Source: Candidatus Cyclobacteriaceae bacterium M2_1C_046 (GTDB lineage Bacteria; Bacteroidota; Bacteroidia; Cytophagales; Cyclobacteriaceae). From it: DNA of 64,000 nucleotides. Below, in pieces: positions 10,204-20,241 of this stretch (positions are counted from its first letter, which is position 1; each line of letters opens with the position of its first letter). The stretch spans positions 24,507 to 88,506 of the forward strand of contig JBPRGH010000136.1 in assembly GCA_051418055.1 (NCBI GenBank), given 5' to 3'. Position numbers and translations under genes: made by a program. Below the pieces are notes generated by a model that was not told where the DNA came from, did no database searches, and saw only the letters and a program-made list of their open reading frames with translations.

Positions 10204-11253
10204 TTATAGTGGCTTTAAACCTGAAAATTTATTTCCTTCTTTTAACAACACAAAATCATTTTTATCTATTTTAGATTTTTCAATTGCCGCTTTAAGTTCC
10301 AGAGGCGGATCATATTGTCCATCATCTGCAAGAGGAAATGTGCCGTAGTGCATGCCGATACTTTTACTTATTTGCATATCCTGATGGACCTTCACTGCTT
10401 CTTCAGGATCTAAATGTATGGGTGACATAAACCAGCGGGGTTTATAAGCTCCAATGGGTAAAAATGCCAGATCAATTTTGGGATGTTTTTTAGCTATGTC
10501 TGAAAACATCCGTTCATTGTATCCGGTGTCGCCGGCAAAATATAGCTTTTGCTTATCATCAAAAATCATATAGCCACCCCATAAAGTTTTATCCCTGTCG
10601 AACAATCCACGGCCGGAAAAATGCTGTGCCGGGACCATTTCTATATTTAATGATTCTACTGCATAACTCTTCCACCAGTTTAATGGAATAGTGTTTCCAA
10701 TATTATTTTTTTTGAGATGCTGCTCAACGCCCAGCGGAACAATAATTTTAGGTTTATCCCGTTCCCAAAGCATTTTTATTGTGGGAAGATCAAGGTGATC
10801 ATAGTGGTTGTGGCTGATGATAACAGCGTCTATTTTTGGAAGGTCTTTAAAAGCAATCCCGGGAGGTCGCATCCGTTTGGGCCCTGCAAAGCTAAAGGGA
10901 CTGGTGCGTTCACTCCAGATTGGATCAGTTAGAATATTTTTATCCTTCCACTGTATCAGGAAGGTAGCATGATTTACAAAATAAACCGTTAGTTCATTTT
11001 CTGAAGAATTTGGAACAGTAGCAGGTTTATCATTTATCTCTCGCCATTGTCCCGGATCACGGGTTATAGCCCATTTAAGTACATCAAGAAAGCCTTTAGC
11101 TTCTACATTATCATAATTTGTAAATTTCGAACCATCGAAGAAGTTATTTTTCGGACCTTTATAAGCGGGTGCTGAAATAAATAAACCAACAACTAGTCCC
11201 AGAAACAGAAGGGATAGAGGTACCGCGAGAATTAAATACATAGGTTTAAGCAT
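10204..11253 (-). CDS. MBL-fold metallo-hydrolase (NAPE-PLD-like subgroup)
   Basis: HxHxDH motif (ISHNHYDHLD), an N-terminal TM anchor and beta-lactamase-fold sequence. It ends 7 nt before the phoD start. Confidence 0.8.
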   Translation of the reverse strand: MLKPMYLILAVPLSLLFLGLVVGLFISAPAYKGPKNNFFDGSKFTNYDNVEAKGFLDVLKWAITRDPGQWREINDKPATVPNSSENELTVYFVNHATFLIQWKDKNILTDPIWSERTSPFSFAGPKRMRPPGIAFKDLPKIDAVIISHNHYDHLDLPTIKMLWERDKPKIIVPLGVEQHLKKNNIGNTIPLNWWKSYAVESLNIEMVPAQHFSGRGLFDRDKTLWGGYMIFDDKQKLYFAGDTGYNERMFSDIAKKHPKIDLAFLPIGAYKPRWFMSPIHLDPEEAVKVHQDMQISKSIGMHYGTFPLADDGQYDPPLELKAAIEKSKIDKNDFVLLKEGNKFSGLKPL

Positions 11254-11301
11254 TAGAATGCCGCAAAGTCTGTTTAAAATTACAAAAAAGATTTTCCGGC
11301 A

Positions 11302-11496
11302 ATGGAATTTATAAGATCATTTATACTTCTAATTCTTTTTATTGATCTTTTGTTACTGCTCATAGGCCTGATACGGCCTACGGTAGTAGTTTGGTGGGAA
11401 GATGTACAGAATAGGAGGAAGGTTATAAAAATTTACGGCACGGCTGCTATTCTGTTCTTGACAATATATTTCTTTTTATTCTTTCTAATAGACTAA
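11302..11496 (+). CDS. Possible small membrane protein
   Basis: 64-aa ORF with two hydrophobic segments, followed by a terminator. No recognisable family. Confidence 0.3.
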   Translation: MEFIRSFILLILFIDLLLLLIGLIRPTVVVWWEDVQNRRKVIKIYGTAAILFLTIYFFLFFLID

Positions 11497-11524
11497 CTCA
11501 AGGGAAACACGTCTCTTGTTTAAC

Positions 11525-11550
11525 AAAAAAAGCGGCATATGCCGCTTTTC
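11525..11550. terminator. Bidirectional intrinsic terminator
   Basis: aaaaaaAGCGGCatatGCCGCTtttc is a GC-rich palindrome flanked by an A-run and a T-run. It lies between the convergent genes ending at 11496 (+) and 11576 (-). Confidence 0.6.
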
Positions 11551-11575
11551 AAAAATTATCATTGTCCAGAATCAA

Positions 11576-14500
11576 TTAAAACCCGTCATCTTCAAACCCA
11601 TCATCTTCCTCTTCCTCTGTTGTGTCTTCTTCAGTCTTATCTTTAAGATCTGCTGCTGCATCTAAAACATAAGGATCATTTAACCCATAATATTCAAACC
11701 TAAATCGGTTAATAAAATCAAGGACCTCTGCTTCAGTGCCGGGTAAAAAGGTAAGCTCGTCTATTTTGGCTTTACCGGCATTTGACTTTTTAGTGATGTA
11801 TTCATTAAAAGTGTCATTTGATGAGTAAAGCAGAAGCTGATTATCCTCAAGACCAAAATAATACCATGATGCTGCCGAAGCTTTAACAAAAATATTAATA
11901 ATTGGCCCACCGGCTTCATTTCTTTTCAACTCCATAAAGCCTTCAAAACCGGCATTTAATTCTTCTCTGTTGATGTTGGACATTCCCAGCATCCCATCAC
12001 TGTAAAATCCTCTGTATTCCGGGGACCATTTCAGATTAACATCAGAGAACACTAATGGCTGAGAGATATATTTGTCAAATGTTCCTAAAGGAATATATTC
12101 ATTTAAAGAAGCATTTTCAAATTCCCGTGTTGCACGTTCTCCCATTATATTGGCAAGCTTGTACAGCAACTGTGTCTGATCACCGCGGCCTTCGGGCGCT
12201 CCTAAATTTGTAACCACATCAATCATATCCTTCGCCATAATGTCATATGCGGAAGACGGGATGTTAAAATTAAATGTTAATAAAGTGTTTAAAGTGAAAC
12301 GATCTTCCTTTAGGTTCCCTTCACCGATTACAGAAGTCTGCATGTTAATATCAGCTGTATTCTTAAGGAAATTCACCGGCCCCTCAAATTTTACATTGCC
12401 GGATAATTCATGATAAGAAAAAACTTTACCACTATATGTATTTCCGGAAGCTTTTGCAGTATCCTCTATTACATAAGTTTCAGTAGCGGGTTTATAATGA
12501 AGGATACCTGATGGCTTAAAGAAATATTCATCATCTAAACCAATTTTCTCATTGACAAAAAGACCATACAAACTATTATCGTACTGATTAAATAATAATC
12601 CGGCATCCAGTTTTTTGCCATCTTCGGTAACAGCCTCATCAAAGTTGATCATCACCTCCTGCTGTTCCGCACTACTTGAATATTGGATCCATGTATCATA
12701 GCCGGGGATTGTAGTGAAATTAAGTTTTACAAAACCATCCAGCTCCATAGCAGGCTTATGGGCATAAAGGATCATTTCTCCCTTATAGATTATTCCGGGG
12801 GAAATTATTATCCTGTCTTCTGCTGTTACAGCACCATTAGCAACTGTATGAAGGCTGCCTTCATCATTTTTGCCAGCATCCTCATCAATTATTTTCTCAA
12901 GTCGAAAATCTTCCATTTTGATTGGAAAGGTATCATTCGAGGCATTTACATACTGATAAGTTGCATAGCCACTAAATTCATTTCTGGAGGATATATCTAT
13001 AACTCCATTTGTTAACCGGTGATATCCGTATAGCGTATCAAGAATGATAGTTGTATTGGTTAATTGGCCAATGCGTGAATTTTCAAGGATTAATACTTCA
13101 TTATTTTCCGGAGTAATAAGAGCATCAGCCACTTTTATATGTGGGATCCCCCGGACAGTCATTTCCTGGGTATTTATATCATACACTGCTTCGGTCGCAT
13201 TAAAAGCAAGGGAATCAAGATCCTCGCGAGTAGTATAGAAATAACTACTTTTTAATGGAACATCTTCAGGCTTTGTCATGGTGATCTTATTTTGCTCAAG
13301 GTCCCATGTAGCTTTTGTAATAGAAGTTTTAAATTGAGCATATGGAAATTCCAATGCCGCCCGCCCTTCTACTTCAGGGCTTATATCTGCATAATTCTGA
13401 TTAAGATCGAACAGTACACGTACATCATCACCTGCTAAGGCCGGCTTGTCCGGATTATTGGTTTGTACTGCAAAATCGGCACGGCGTGCCAAAAGGCGAT
13501 CATTTTCAAACTTCATCTGATCTGAAGAAGCAACAGAACCCTTCATCTCAATATCTCCGCTACCATAAACACCATCAGACCTTACCATAACATCTCCCTC
13601 AAATGTTGCTATGCCGTCATAGAAGGTAAATGGTTCATCCGTATTGGAAAATGTCATTTCATCATTTTTTGGCACCCACTTTACCTTAAATTCATTTAAA
13701 GTGGCCTGTGGAAAAATGGTGCTGTTAAATTCTTCTTCACTGATATTAGCCATAGAGCCGGATGCTATAAGAGAATCGGGATATAGAACAATATCATCTG
13801 ATTCAAAAGAGGTGGAGAAGAAATCAATATTTCCTTTACCCCGTAAACCCTGGCTATTTAATGATAATGAACCATATAGTTTGGTGCCTTCTGTCGCATA
13901 TAATTTATAACCATCAGCAGGGATATCATGATCGAATCCCATTGTATTATCTCCAACATAATGCAGCCGCTCCTCAATATTTGGTATTATGCCTTTTGAA
14001 ACAAAAATACCATCAAAACCAATTGCCGAAGGATCACTGTCATTAAGAGAATCGATATCAAAAGGAGGGATCACAAAATAAAGCTCTTTTTTGTAGATCC
14101 CGTCTAAAACATTTTTGCGGTCAAAATAAACAACGGCGCCTTCACCGGCAGCAAATTTTGGATAGTTTGGAACGTTTTCCCGACCGGATTTATTTCCAGG
14201 CGAATTAATATATAATGTACCGGAGGTTTTATTTGCAAACCCTACTAGCCCAGCTGTTTCAGCGGTTGCTGAATCTAAACCAACTAATGCATTATTTACT
14301 TTCTCACGAGAAGAACTTCCTTTAGTATTTTCTTTTTGAACATAAAATTTAACCGAATCAATTTTATTAAGGTTTATTAAAAAGCTGTCATAGCTAAACA
14401 TAAAATCTTTACCCAGATACTCAAAATTTCCAGCAGTAACTTTTCCGTTAAAATTAAAATCACGATTTTCATAGATAAGTATTTCTGCACTATCAGGTTC

Positions 14501-16420
14501 AATTTTAACATACAAAGAGTCGCTAATTAAAAACTCCTCAACACCACGGATCTTTAAATATCCATCATCAAAATTTATGGTTGCATTTGGCTTTCCACTA
14601 ATTACAGAAGGAATAATAATATTATCATAATCAGCCCTCCCAAATCGCGATCGATAGATGTGCTTTCCTTTATGCTTAATTGTTACTTCCCGTGACATCG
14701 TGCTGTAATCAATAAGCCCTTTCTGCATTAGCATCACCATAGCCCCATGAATGACATCACCATCCTTTTTATAATAATTTGCCAGATCTGAAACATAGAA
14801 TACATCAGTTTTAAATTTTTCGGAATAACTAGCAACTATGCCCAGAGGATTAAAATCATAAAGCTTGTCTCCCAAAAGCCGGTAATCTTCTTCATTATAA
14901 TGATTGACCGATTCAAAATTAACCGGCACATATTTTTGTCCCTGAAGAACAGAAATATCCAGGCTTTGCTCATTAAGGTTCCATCTTATTATATCTGCAG
15001 TAAAATGTAACTTAAAATAGGTAGAGGTATAGGGGGTATTCCTAAATCCATTTTTTGCTTTTTGGATAACCAGATCGTCCTGGTCATAATCGAAACGTAC
15101 ACGAACAGCCGGATGATAAATTGAATCGTACCCATGGTATAAGGTTACGGTACCCATATCTGTATAAATTGTAGAATCTTCAATCACATAAAGATTGCTA
15201 TATGATTTTGCTTTGATGTTTCCTTTATTTTTTAATATAATCCTGCTGAGACCGCCAGTTACAGATTTGCTGGAGATCGTCCGGCCCTTTAAAGTAAAGC
15301 CTCCATTATAAGCCACATCATCAGTTAAACCTGCCAGTTTAATATTATTTCCATAAGACTGAAAACGCGGGTATGGATTATTAATAAGCGTATCTCTACG
15401 GACGCTTTTAAATTCAAAAACCCCATTGACTTCGTTTTCGAGCTTCCCGGGATAGGTTAATTTTGCTTTCTCTGCTTTAAAAGAAGCTGTTTGAGTATCA
15501 ATAAAATATTCTTCAAAACTTGCTCTTACATCTTCAAGGCCTGCAGGAGACCAGTCAAAAGAGCCCTGGTTACCAACGAAAATATCTTTAACAAGATCAT
15601 AAGTACCAGAAGTGCTTTTTATAAAAACGCTATCATATGGTGTAACAAGATTCAGGTCAAGCGTTTCAAATACAATGGCAGGACCATTTATATCTGGCAT
15701 TGGGGTCACAAGGCCATAAGCCTGTAGCATGTCATCATTCAGCTCTTCCCCAAATTCATCTTCATTCTCGCCTGATGTGGTATCCCAATCTTCCCAGATA
15801 TCCTCCTCATCTTCCCAAAGGTCTTCATCTTCTTCTTCCCAGTTATACTCCTCATCATCCCAATTATCCTCATCCTCTTCCCAGGTGTCATCTTGTTTAA
15901 TCTCTTCCTGAGGTGTCACTTCAGCAATAAAGGGTTGCTTATATTCAAAGGAATAGACATCATTATAAACCAGCCATTGGTGATGATTTTCTGCCTGCAA
16001 TGCACGATGGCTAAAGAAAGCAGATGTATTTTTCAGGAACTCATTATATTCAGTTTCACTATGATTTTTTAATACTGTTTTGCTTAAGTTAAGCAGGTCG
16101 GTAAGTTTTTTATTATCCAGGCGCTCCTGATTTACGGATAATGAAACCATCTCAAGGAAGCCAACAAATGAATTGTTATACGAATATCCCTTTTCACCAA
16201 TCAGCAGGAGTTGATCAATAATATCTTTTCTATAATCGGAAGAAAGCTGTTCCCATGCAGTTATATAATCTGCCCCAACAGTCCCACGGCTATTATTCAG
16301 CTTTGATTCTATATCATAAGCAATAGAGTCAGACGTAAAGTCAAGCTTGAAATACTGGCTTTTTCCCGTCAGGCTTAATAGCATGAAAAGTAACCCACAA
16401 AAAAATATTTTTACCTTCAC
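11576..16420 (-). CDS. Very large exported protein (1614 aa), function unknown
   Basis: Uninterrupted 4.8-kb ORF with signal peptide MKVKIFFCGLLFMLLSLTGKSQ. A polyacidic Trp-repeat tract spans aa 171-230 and the C-terminal tail is acidic. I recognise no family. Confidence 0.85.
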   Translation of the reverse strand: MKVKIFFCGLLFMLLSLTGKSQYFKLDFTSDSIAYDIESKLNNSRGTVGADYITAWEQLSSDYRKDIIDQLLLIGEKGYSYNNSFVGFLEMVSLSVNQERLDNKKLTDLLNLSKTVLKNHSETEYNEFLKNTSAFFSHRALQAENHHQWLVYNDVYSFEYKQPFIAEVTPQEEIKQDDTWEEDEDNWDDEEYNWEEEDEDLWEDEEDIWEDWDTTSGENEDEFGEELNDDMLQAYGLVTPMPDINGPAIVFETLDLNLVTPYDSVFIKSTSGTYDLVKDIFVGNQGSFDWSPAGLEDVRASFEEYFIDTQTASFKAEKAKLTYPGKLENEVNGVFEFKSVRRDTLINNPYPRFQSYGNNIKLAGLTDDVAYNGGFTLKGRTISSKSVTGGLSRIILKNKGNIKAKSYSNLYVIEDSTIYTDMGTVTLYHGYDSIYHPAVRVRFDYDQDDLVIQKAKNGFRNTPYTSTYFKLHFTADIIRWNLNEQSLDISVLQGQKYVPVNFESVNHYNEEDYRLLGDKLYDFNPLGIVASYSEKFKTDVFYVSDLANYYKKDGDVIHGAMVMLMQKGLIDYSTMSREVTIKHKGKHIYRSRFGRADYDNIIIPSVISGKPNATINFDDGYLKIRGVEEFLISDSLYVKIEPDSAEILIYENRDFNFNGKVTAGNFEYLGKDFMFSYDSFLINLNKIDSVKFYVQKENTKGSSSREKVNNALVGLDSATAETAGLVGFANKTSGTLYINSPGNKSGRENVPNYPKFAAGEGAVVYFDRKNVLDGIYKKELYFVIPPFDIDSLNDSDPSAIGFDGIFVSKGIIPNIEERLHYVGDNTMGFDHDIPADGYKLYATEGTKLYGSLSLNSQGLRGKGNIDFFSTSFESDDIVLYPDSLIASGSMANISEEEFNSTIFPQATLNEFKVKWVPKNDEMTFSNTDEPFTFYDGIATFEGDVMVRSDGVYGSGDIEMKGSVASSDQMKFENDRLLARRADFAVQTNNPDKPALAGDDVRVLFDLNQNYADISPEVEGRAALEFPYAQFKTSITKATWDLEQNKITMTKPEDVPLKSSYFYTTREDLDSLAFNATEAVYDINTQEMTVRGIPHIKVADALITPENNEVLILENSRIGQLTNTTIILDTLYGYHRLTNGVIDISSRNEFSGYATYQYVNASNDTFPIKMEDFRLEKIIDEDAGKNDEGSLHTVANGAVTAEDRIIISPGIIYKGEMILYAHKPAMELDGFVKLNFTTIPGYDTWIQYSSSAEQQEVMINFDEAVTEDGKKLDAGLLFNQYDNSLYGLFVNEKIGLDDEYFFKPSGILHYKPATETYVIEDTAKASGNTYSGKVFSYHELSGNVKFEGPVNFLKNTADINMQTSVIGEGNLKEDRFTLNTLLTFNFNIPSSAYDIMAKDMIDVVTNLGAPEGRGDQTQLLYKLANIMGERATREFENASLNEYIPLGTFDKYISQPLVFSDVNLKWSPEYRGFYSDGMLGMSNINREELNAGFEGFMELKRNEAGGPIINIFVKASAASWYYFGLEDNQLLLYSSNDTFNEYITKKSNAGKAKIDELTFLPGTEAEVLDFINRFRFEYYGLNDPYVLDAAADLKDKTEEDTTEEEEDDGFEDDGF
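15731..15910 (-). repeat. Coding tandem repeat: roughly heptad W-(D/E)n units inside the 1614-aa protein
   Basis: Translation: DDTWEEDEDNWDDEEYNWEEEDEDLWEDEEDIWEDWD. Trp residues fall at aa 180, 187, 194, 202, 209 and 212. Confidence 0.9.
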
Positions 16421-16464
16421 AATGGTTCTAACACAAATCGAATAAAAAAAATTATCCGAAAACG

Positions 16465-17304
16465 TTATTTTTTAAATAAAATACTGGCCCATCGATCTTT
16501 ATAGGCTGATGTTTCCTTTGTTAATCCCGCTTCTTCAGCAATTTCCTGTATATCTGCCTCGTCTTCTTTAAAAAAACCGCTAACCAGTAAATAGCCATTT
16601 GTTACCAGATGATCTACATAAGTCGCGATTTCTTCAAGGAGCACATTTTTATTAATATTAGCGAGGATCACATCAAAATCATTATCAATCTCTAAAGAAT
16701 CTATTGTGCCCAACAAGATATGAATATTTTTACAATTATTTAGGGATGCGTTCTCCGGCGCATTTTCTACACTCCATTCATTGTTATCATAAGCAACAAC
16801 TTTTGACGCGCCCAGCTTTTCAGCCATCACTGCCAAAATAGCTGTACCACAACCTGCATCGAGAACTTTTTTGTTTTTGTGATCAATATTTATGATCTGG
16901 TTTTTTACCATCAGGTATGTGGTGGCATGATGCCCGGTTCCGAATGACATACGGGGCAGAATAATCAGCTCATACTTATATTGATCACTTTTTGCAGGAT
17001 GAAAAGGAGCCCTGATATAGCACAAATCATCAACCGCAACGGGCTCAAAATTCTTTTCCCATTCTATATTCCAGTTTTTTTCTTCTACCAGCTCCCAGGT
17101 GATTTTCTCTTTTTCAATATTATAACGGCTGCTGATATCTTCAACAAAAGATTTATCAAAAAGATCTTTTTGTATATAGCCATGTAAACCTTCATCTGTC
17201 TCCATGACAGATTCATACCCTTCCATGTCAAGCTCAGCAATTAATATTTCTTTCTGCTCTTCAGTACAGGGAAGAATCAGTTCAACGTATTGATTAAGGC
17301 TCAA
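16465..17304 (-). CDS. prmA: Ribosomal protein L11 methyltransferase
   Basis: PrmA motifs FGTGHHATT and the SAM-binding DAGCGTAILA. It overlaps the tpiA stop by 4 nt. Confidence 0.9.
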   Translation of the reverse strand: MSLNQYVELILPCTEEQKEILIAELDMEGYESVMETDEGLHGYIQKDLFDKSFVEDISSRYNIEKEKITWELVEEKNWNIEWEKNFEPVAVDDLCYIRAPFHPAKSDQYKYELIILPRMSFGTGHHATTYLMVKNQIINIDHKNKKVLDAGCGTAILAVMAEKLGASKVVAYDNNEWSVENAPENASLNNCKNIHILLGTIDSLEIDNDFDVILANINKNVLLEEIATYVDHLVTNGYLLVSGFFKEDEADIQEIAEEAGLTKETSAYKDRWASILFKK

Positions 17305-18068
17305 GATTTTGCAGCTTTTATAATGTCAGTGAAATCTCTACTCTTTAAAGAAGCGCCACCTATCAGTCCTCCATCTACATCAGGGCATTCGAGCAGCTCT
17401 CTGGCATTATCAGGTTTCATGCTACCACCATACAATATTGATAGATTTTCAGCAAGATCTGAGCTAAACCTGTTTAGGATAAATTTTCTTATATGCTCAT
17501 GCATTTCCTGTGCCTGCTCTGTAGAGGCTGTTTTGCCAGTACCGATGGCCCAAATAGGCTCATAAGCAATCACTACTTTAGAAAACTCCTTATCTTTTAG
17601 ATGAAACAGAGAATCATGGATCTGATTTTCAACATATTCCCTGTACATTCCATTTTTTCTAACCTCCAGAGGTTCGCCACAGCAAAAGATAGGTATTAGA
17701 TCATTTTTTAGTGCCGCAACAACTTTATCTTTCAGAAGCTCACTATCTTCATTAAAATGCTCTCTCCTTTCGCTATGCCCAATGATTACATACTTTGCAT
17801 TATAGGATTTTAGCATAGGACCCGATACTTCACCTGTGAATGCACCACTTTCTTCCTGGTGAAGGTTTTGTGCTCCCAGGAAAATATTTTCAGCGCCTTT
17901 AATGAGATTTGAAACAGAAGAAAGATGTACAAATGGCGGGGCAAGCACTACCACTGCATTTCCCTGCACCTCATCTTTTACCATATTTACAATTTCAGAA
18001 GTAAGCTGCTGAGCTTCTTCCTTGGTTTTATTCATTTTCCAGTTACCGGCAATTATCTTTTTTCTCAT
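17301..18068 (-). CDS. tpiA: Triosephosphate isomerase
   Basis: AGNWKMN, IIGHSERR, AYEPIWAIGTG and GGASL motifs. Confidence 0.95.
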   Translation of the reverse strand: MRKKIIAGNWKMNKTKEEAQQLTSEIVNMVKDEVQGNAVVVLAPPFVHLSSVSNLIKGAENIFLGAQNLHQEESGAFTGEVSGPMLKSYNAKYVIIGHSERREHFNEDSELLKDKVVAALKNDLIPIFCCGEPLEVRKNGMYREYVENQIHDSLFHLKDKEFSKVVIAYEPIWAIGTGKTASTEQAQEMHEHIRKFILNRFSSDLAENLSILYGGSMKPDNARELLECPDVDGGLIGGASLKSRDFTDIIKAAKS

Positions 18069-18113
18069 AATAGAAAATATTTTGAGTTTTCAAATATCGT
18101 GAAAATAAACAAG

Positions 18114-20207
18114 TTAGCTTATCCTGCTCCAGGAAATTGCTGCTTTTGTTTCTTTATCTAACAGGTAATGCAGCATTTTGTGTTCTTCCTTTTCCAAACC
18201 AGGATCATTTTCAATTGTTTCGGCGGCTATCTGTCGGGCCAGCTTTAATATTCTGCCGTCTTTGGCAATATCTGCAATCTTCAAATTGGCAATCCCGCTT
18301 TGCTGTGTACCCATAAGGTCTCCCGGTCCTCGCAGCTTCAGGTCAACATCTGCTATTTCAAAACCATTGTTTGTCCTTACCATTGTATCAATACGTACCC
18401 GCGCTTCCTTAGAGAGCTTATAATCGGTAATTAAAATACAGTATGATTGTTCAGCGCCACGGCCAACGCGTCCGCGAAGCTGGTGAAGCTGGGCAAGGCC
18501 AAACCTTTCCGCATTTTCGATGATCATGACAGATGCATTTGGGACATTGACACCAACCTCAATAACAGTCGTGGCAACCATTATTTTGGTTTCATTTTTT
18601 AAAAACCGCTGCATTTCAAATTCCTTGTCGGCCCCCTTCATTTTACCATGGACAATACTTACCGGTACATTGGGAAAAGCACGTTGAATGCTTTCGTACC
18701 CATCAACAAGGTCTTTCAGGTCAAGCTTTTCAGATTCTTCAATTAGTGGATAAACAATATAAATCTGCCGTCCTGCTGCAATTTGTTCTTTTAAAAAGGC
18801 ATTTACGCGCAACCGGTTAGCATCATATTTATGAATTGTTTTTATCGGCTTTCTTCCGGCAGGAAGCTCATCAATAGTCGAAATGTCAAGGTCTCCATAA
18901 AAAGTCATGGCCAAAGTCCGGGGAATAGGGGTGGCGGTCATAACAAGCACATGCGGATAAACATCTTTATTTTTCTGCCAAAGTTTTGAACGTTGTGCGA
19001 CTCCAAATCGATGCTGCTCATCAACAATAGCCAAACCCAGCTCCTTAAACTGAACCCGGTCTTCAATTAAAGCATGTGTTCCAACTATAAAATTAAGATC
19101 ACCTGCTTTTAGCATCTGAAGGATAGTCTTTCTTTCCGCAGTCTTTGAAGAACCTGTTAATAGAGCAATTCTCAATCCCATTGATTTCACAAAAGGCAGC
19201 AGTCCATTATAATGCTGAATTGCCAGGATTTCTGTAGGAGCCATCAACGCAGCCTGACCCCTCTCAGATGCTACCAGCAGCATACAGATAAAGGCTACAA
19301 TAGTTTTACCACTTCCCACATCTCCCTGCAGCAGCCGGTTCATTTGCTTACCGGATTTAAGATCATAATAAATTTCTTTAATAACCCGCTTTTGGGCATT
19401 GGTAAGATCAAAAGGTAAATGATCTTTATAAAATTCATTTAATAGTGTTGTGTCTTTATAAATTTTGCCTTTAAAGACCTCCTGCCTGTGGGTCTTCATC
19501 TTAAAAAGCTGTAGCTGGATCATGAAAAGCTCTTCAAATTTCAATCGGTAAGAAGCCCTATTTAGCATGTCATGATTGGCAGGAAAATGAATATTCAGGA
19601 AAGCATTGTTTCGGGCGATCAGTGCATATTGATCAAGAATTGAAGGGGGAAGGATCTCAGAGATCTTATTATAAGCCTGCTCTATAAGCACCTTCATAAC
19701 TTTACTGAGGGCACGGCTGTCCAGATATTTTTGTTTTAGTTTTTCAGTTGTAGGATAAACCGGCTGCAGGTATGAAATTTCCTCCATTGATCGGGTAGCC
19801 ACGTCAATTTCAGGATGAGTAATATTGATCTTTCTGCCGAAGCGGTTTGGTTTCCCAAATACAATATATTCAACACCACGTTGGATTTTACCTGATATCC
19901 ATTTTGCTCCCTGAAACCAAACCAGCTCCAGCTCACCTGAGTCATCCATTAGGCGGGCAACAAGCCGTTGTTTCCTGGGAGTACCAACTAACTCCAGGCT
20001 TTTGATGATCCCTTTCACCTGCACATGAGGCATACTATCATTTATATCTTTAATAGCATAAAACTTTGTGCGGTCTTCATAGCGAAAAGGAAAGTAAAAC
20101 AGCAGGTCTTTGTAGGTAAAGATACTCAGCTCTTTATTTATCAGGGCAGCCTTTTGCGGACCGACTCCCTTCAGGAATTCTATGGGCGTATCGAAAAATG
20201 CCTGCAT
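18114..20207 (-). CDS. recG: ATP-dependent DNA helicase RecG
   Basis: N-terminal wedge/OB region. Helicase motifs GDVGSGKT, DEQHRFGV, TATPIPRT and QLRGRVGRG. Confidence 0.95.
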   Translation of the reverse strand: MQAFFDTPIEFLKGVGPQKAALINKELSIFTYKDLLFYFPFRYEDRTKFYAIKDINDSMPHVQVKGIIKSLELVGTPRKQRLVARLMDDSGELELVWFQGAKWISGKIQRGVEYIVFGKPNRFGRKINITHPEIDVATRSMEEISYLQPVYPTTEKLKQKYLDSRALSKVMKVLIEQAYNKISEILPPSILDQYALIARNNAFLNIHFPANHDMLNRASYRLKFEELFMIQLQLFKMKTHRQEVFKGKIYKDTTLLNEFYKDHLPFDLTNAQKRVIKEIYYDLKSGKQMNRLLQGDVGSGKTIVAFICMLLVASERGQAALMAPTEILAIQHYNGLLPFVKSMGLRIALLTGSSKTAERKTILQMLKAGDLNFIVGTHALIEDRVQFKELGLAIVDEQHRFGVAQRSKLWQKNKDVYPHVLVMTATPIPRTLAMTFYGDLDISTIDELPAGRKPIKTIHKYDANRLRVNAFLKEQIAAGRQIYIVYPLIEESEKLDLKDLVDGYESIQRAFPNVPVSIVHGKMKGADKEFEMQRFLKNETKIMVATTVIEVGVNVPNASVMIIENAERFGLAQLHQLRGRVGRGAEQSYCILITDYKLSKEARVRIDTMVRTNNGFEIADVDLKLRGPGDLMGTQQSGIANLKIADIAKDGRILKLARQIAAETIENDPGLEKEEHKMLHYLLDKETKAAISWSRIS

Positions 20208-20241
20208 CAGTGCAAGCTATTAAATTTTAATAGAAAAATTA

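Noticed and set aside
15700-15911. Two plus-strand ORFs (66 and 60 aa) rich in Ser, Pro and His
   Set aside because: They are antisense shadows of the GAA/GAT/TGG-rich acidic repeat in the 1614-aa minus-strand gene. Their low-complexity translations are artefacts.
11576-16420. Giant protein as a TamB/AsmA-like lipid transporter or a T9SS cargo
   Set aside because: I recognise no DUF490-like C-terminus and no T9SS C-terminal sorting domain, and the C-terminus is an acidic tail. It stays annotated as unknown.
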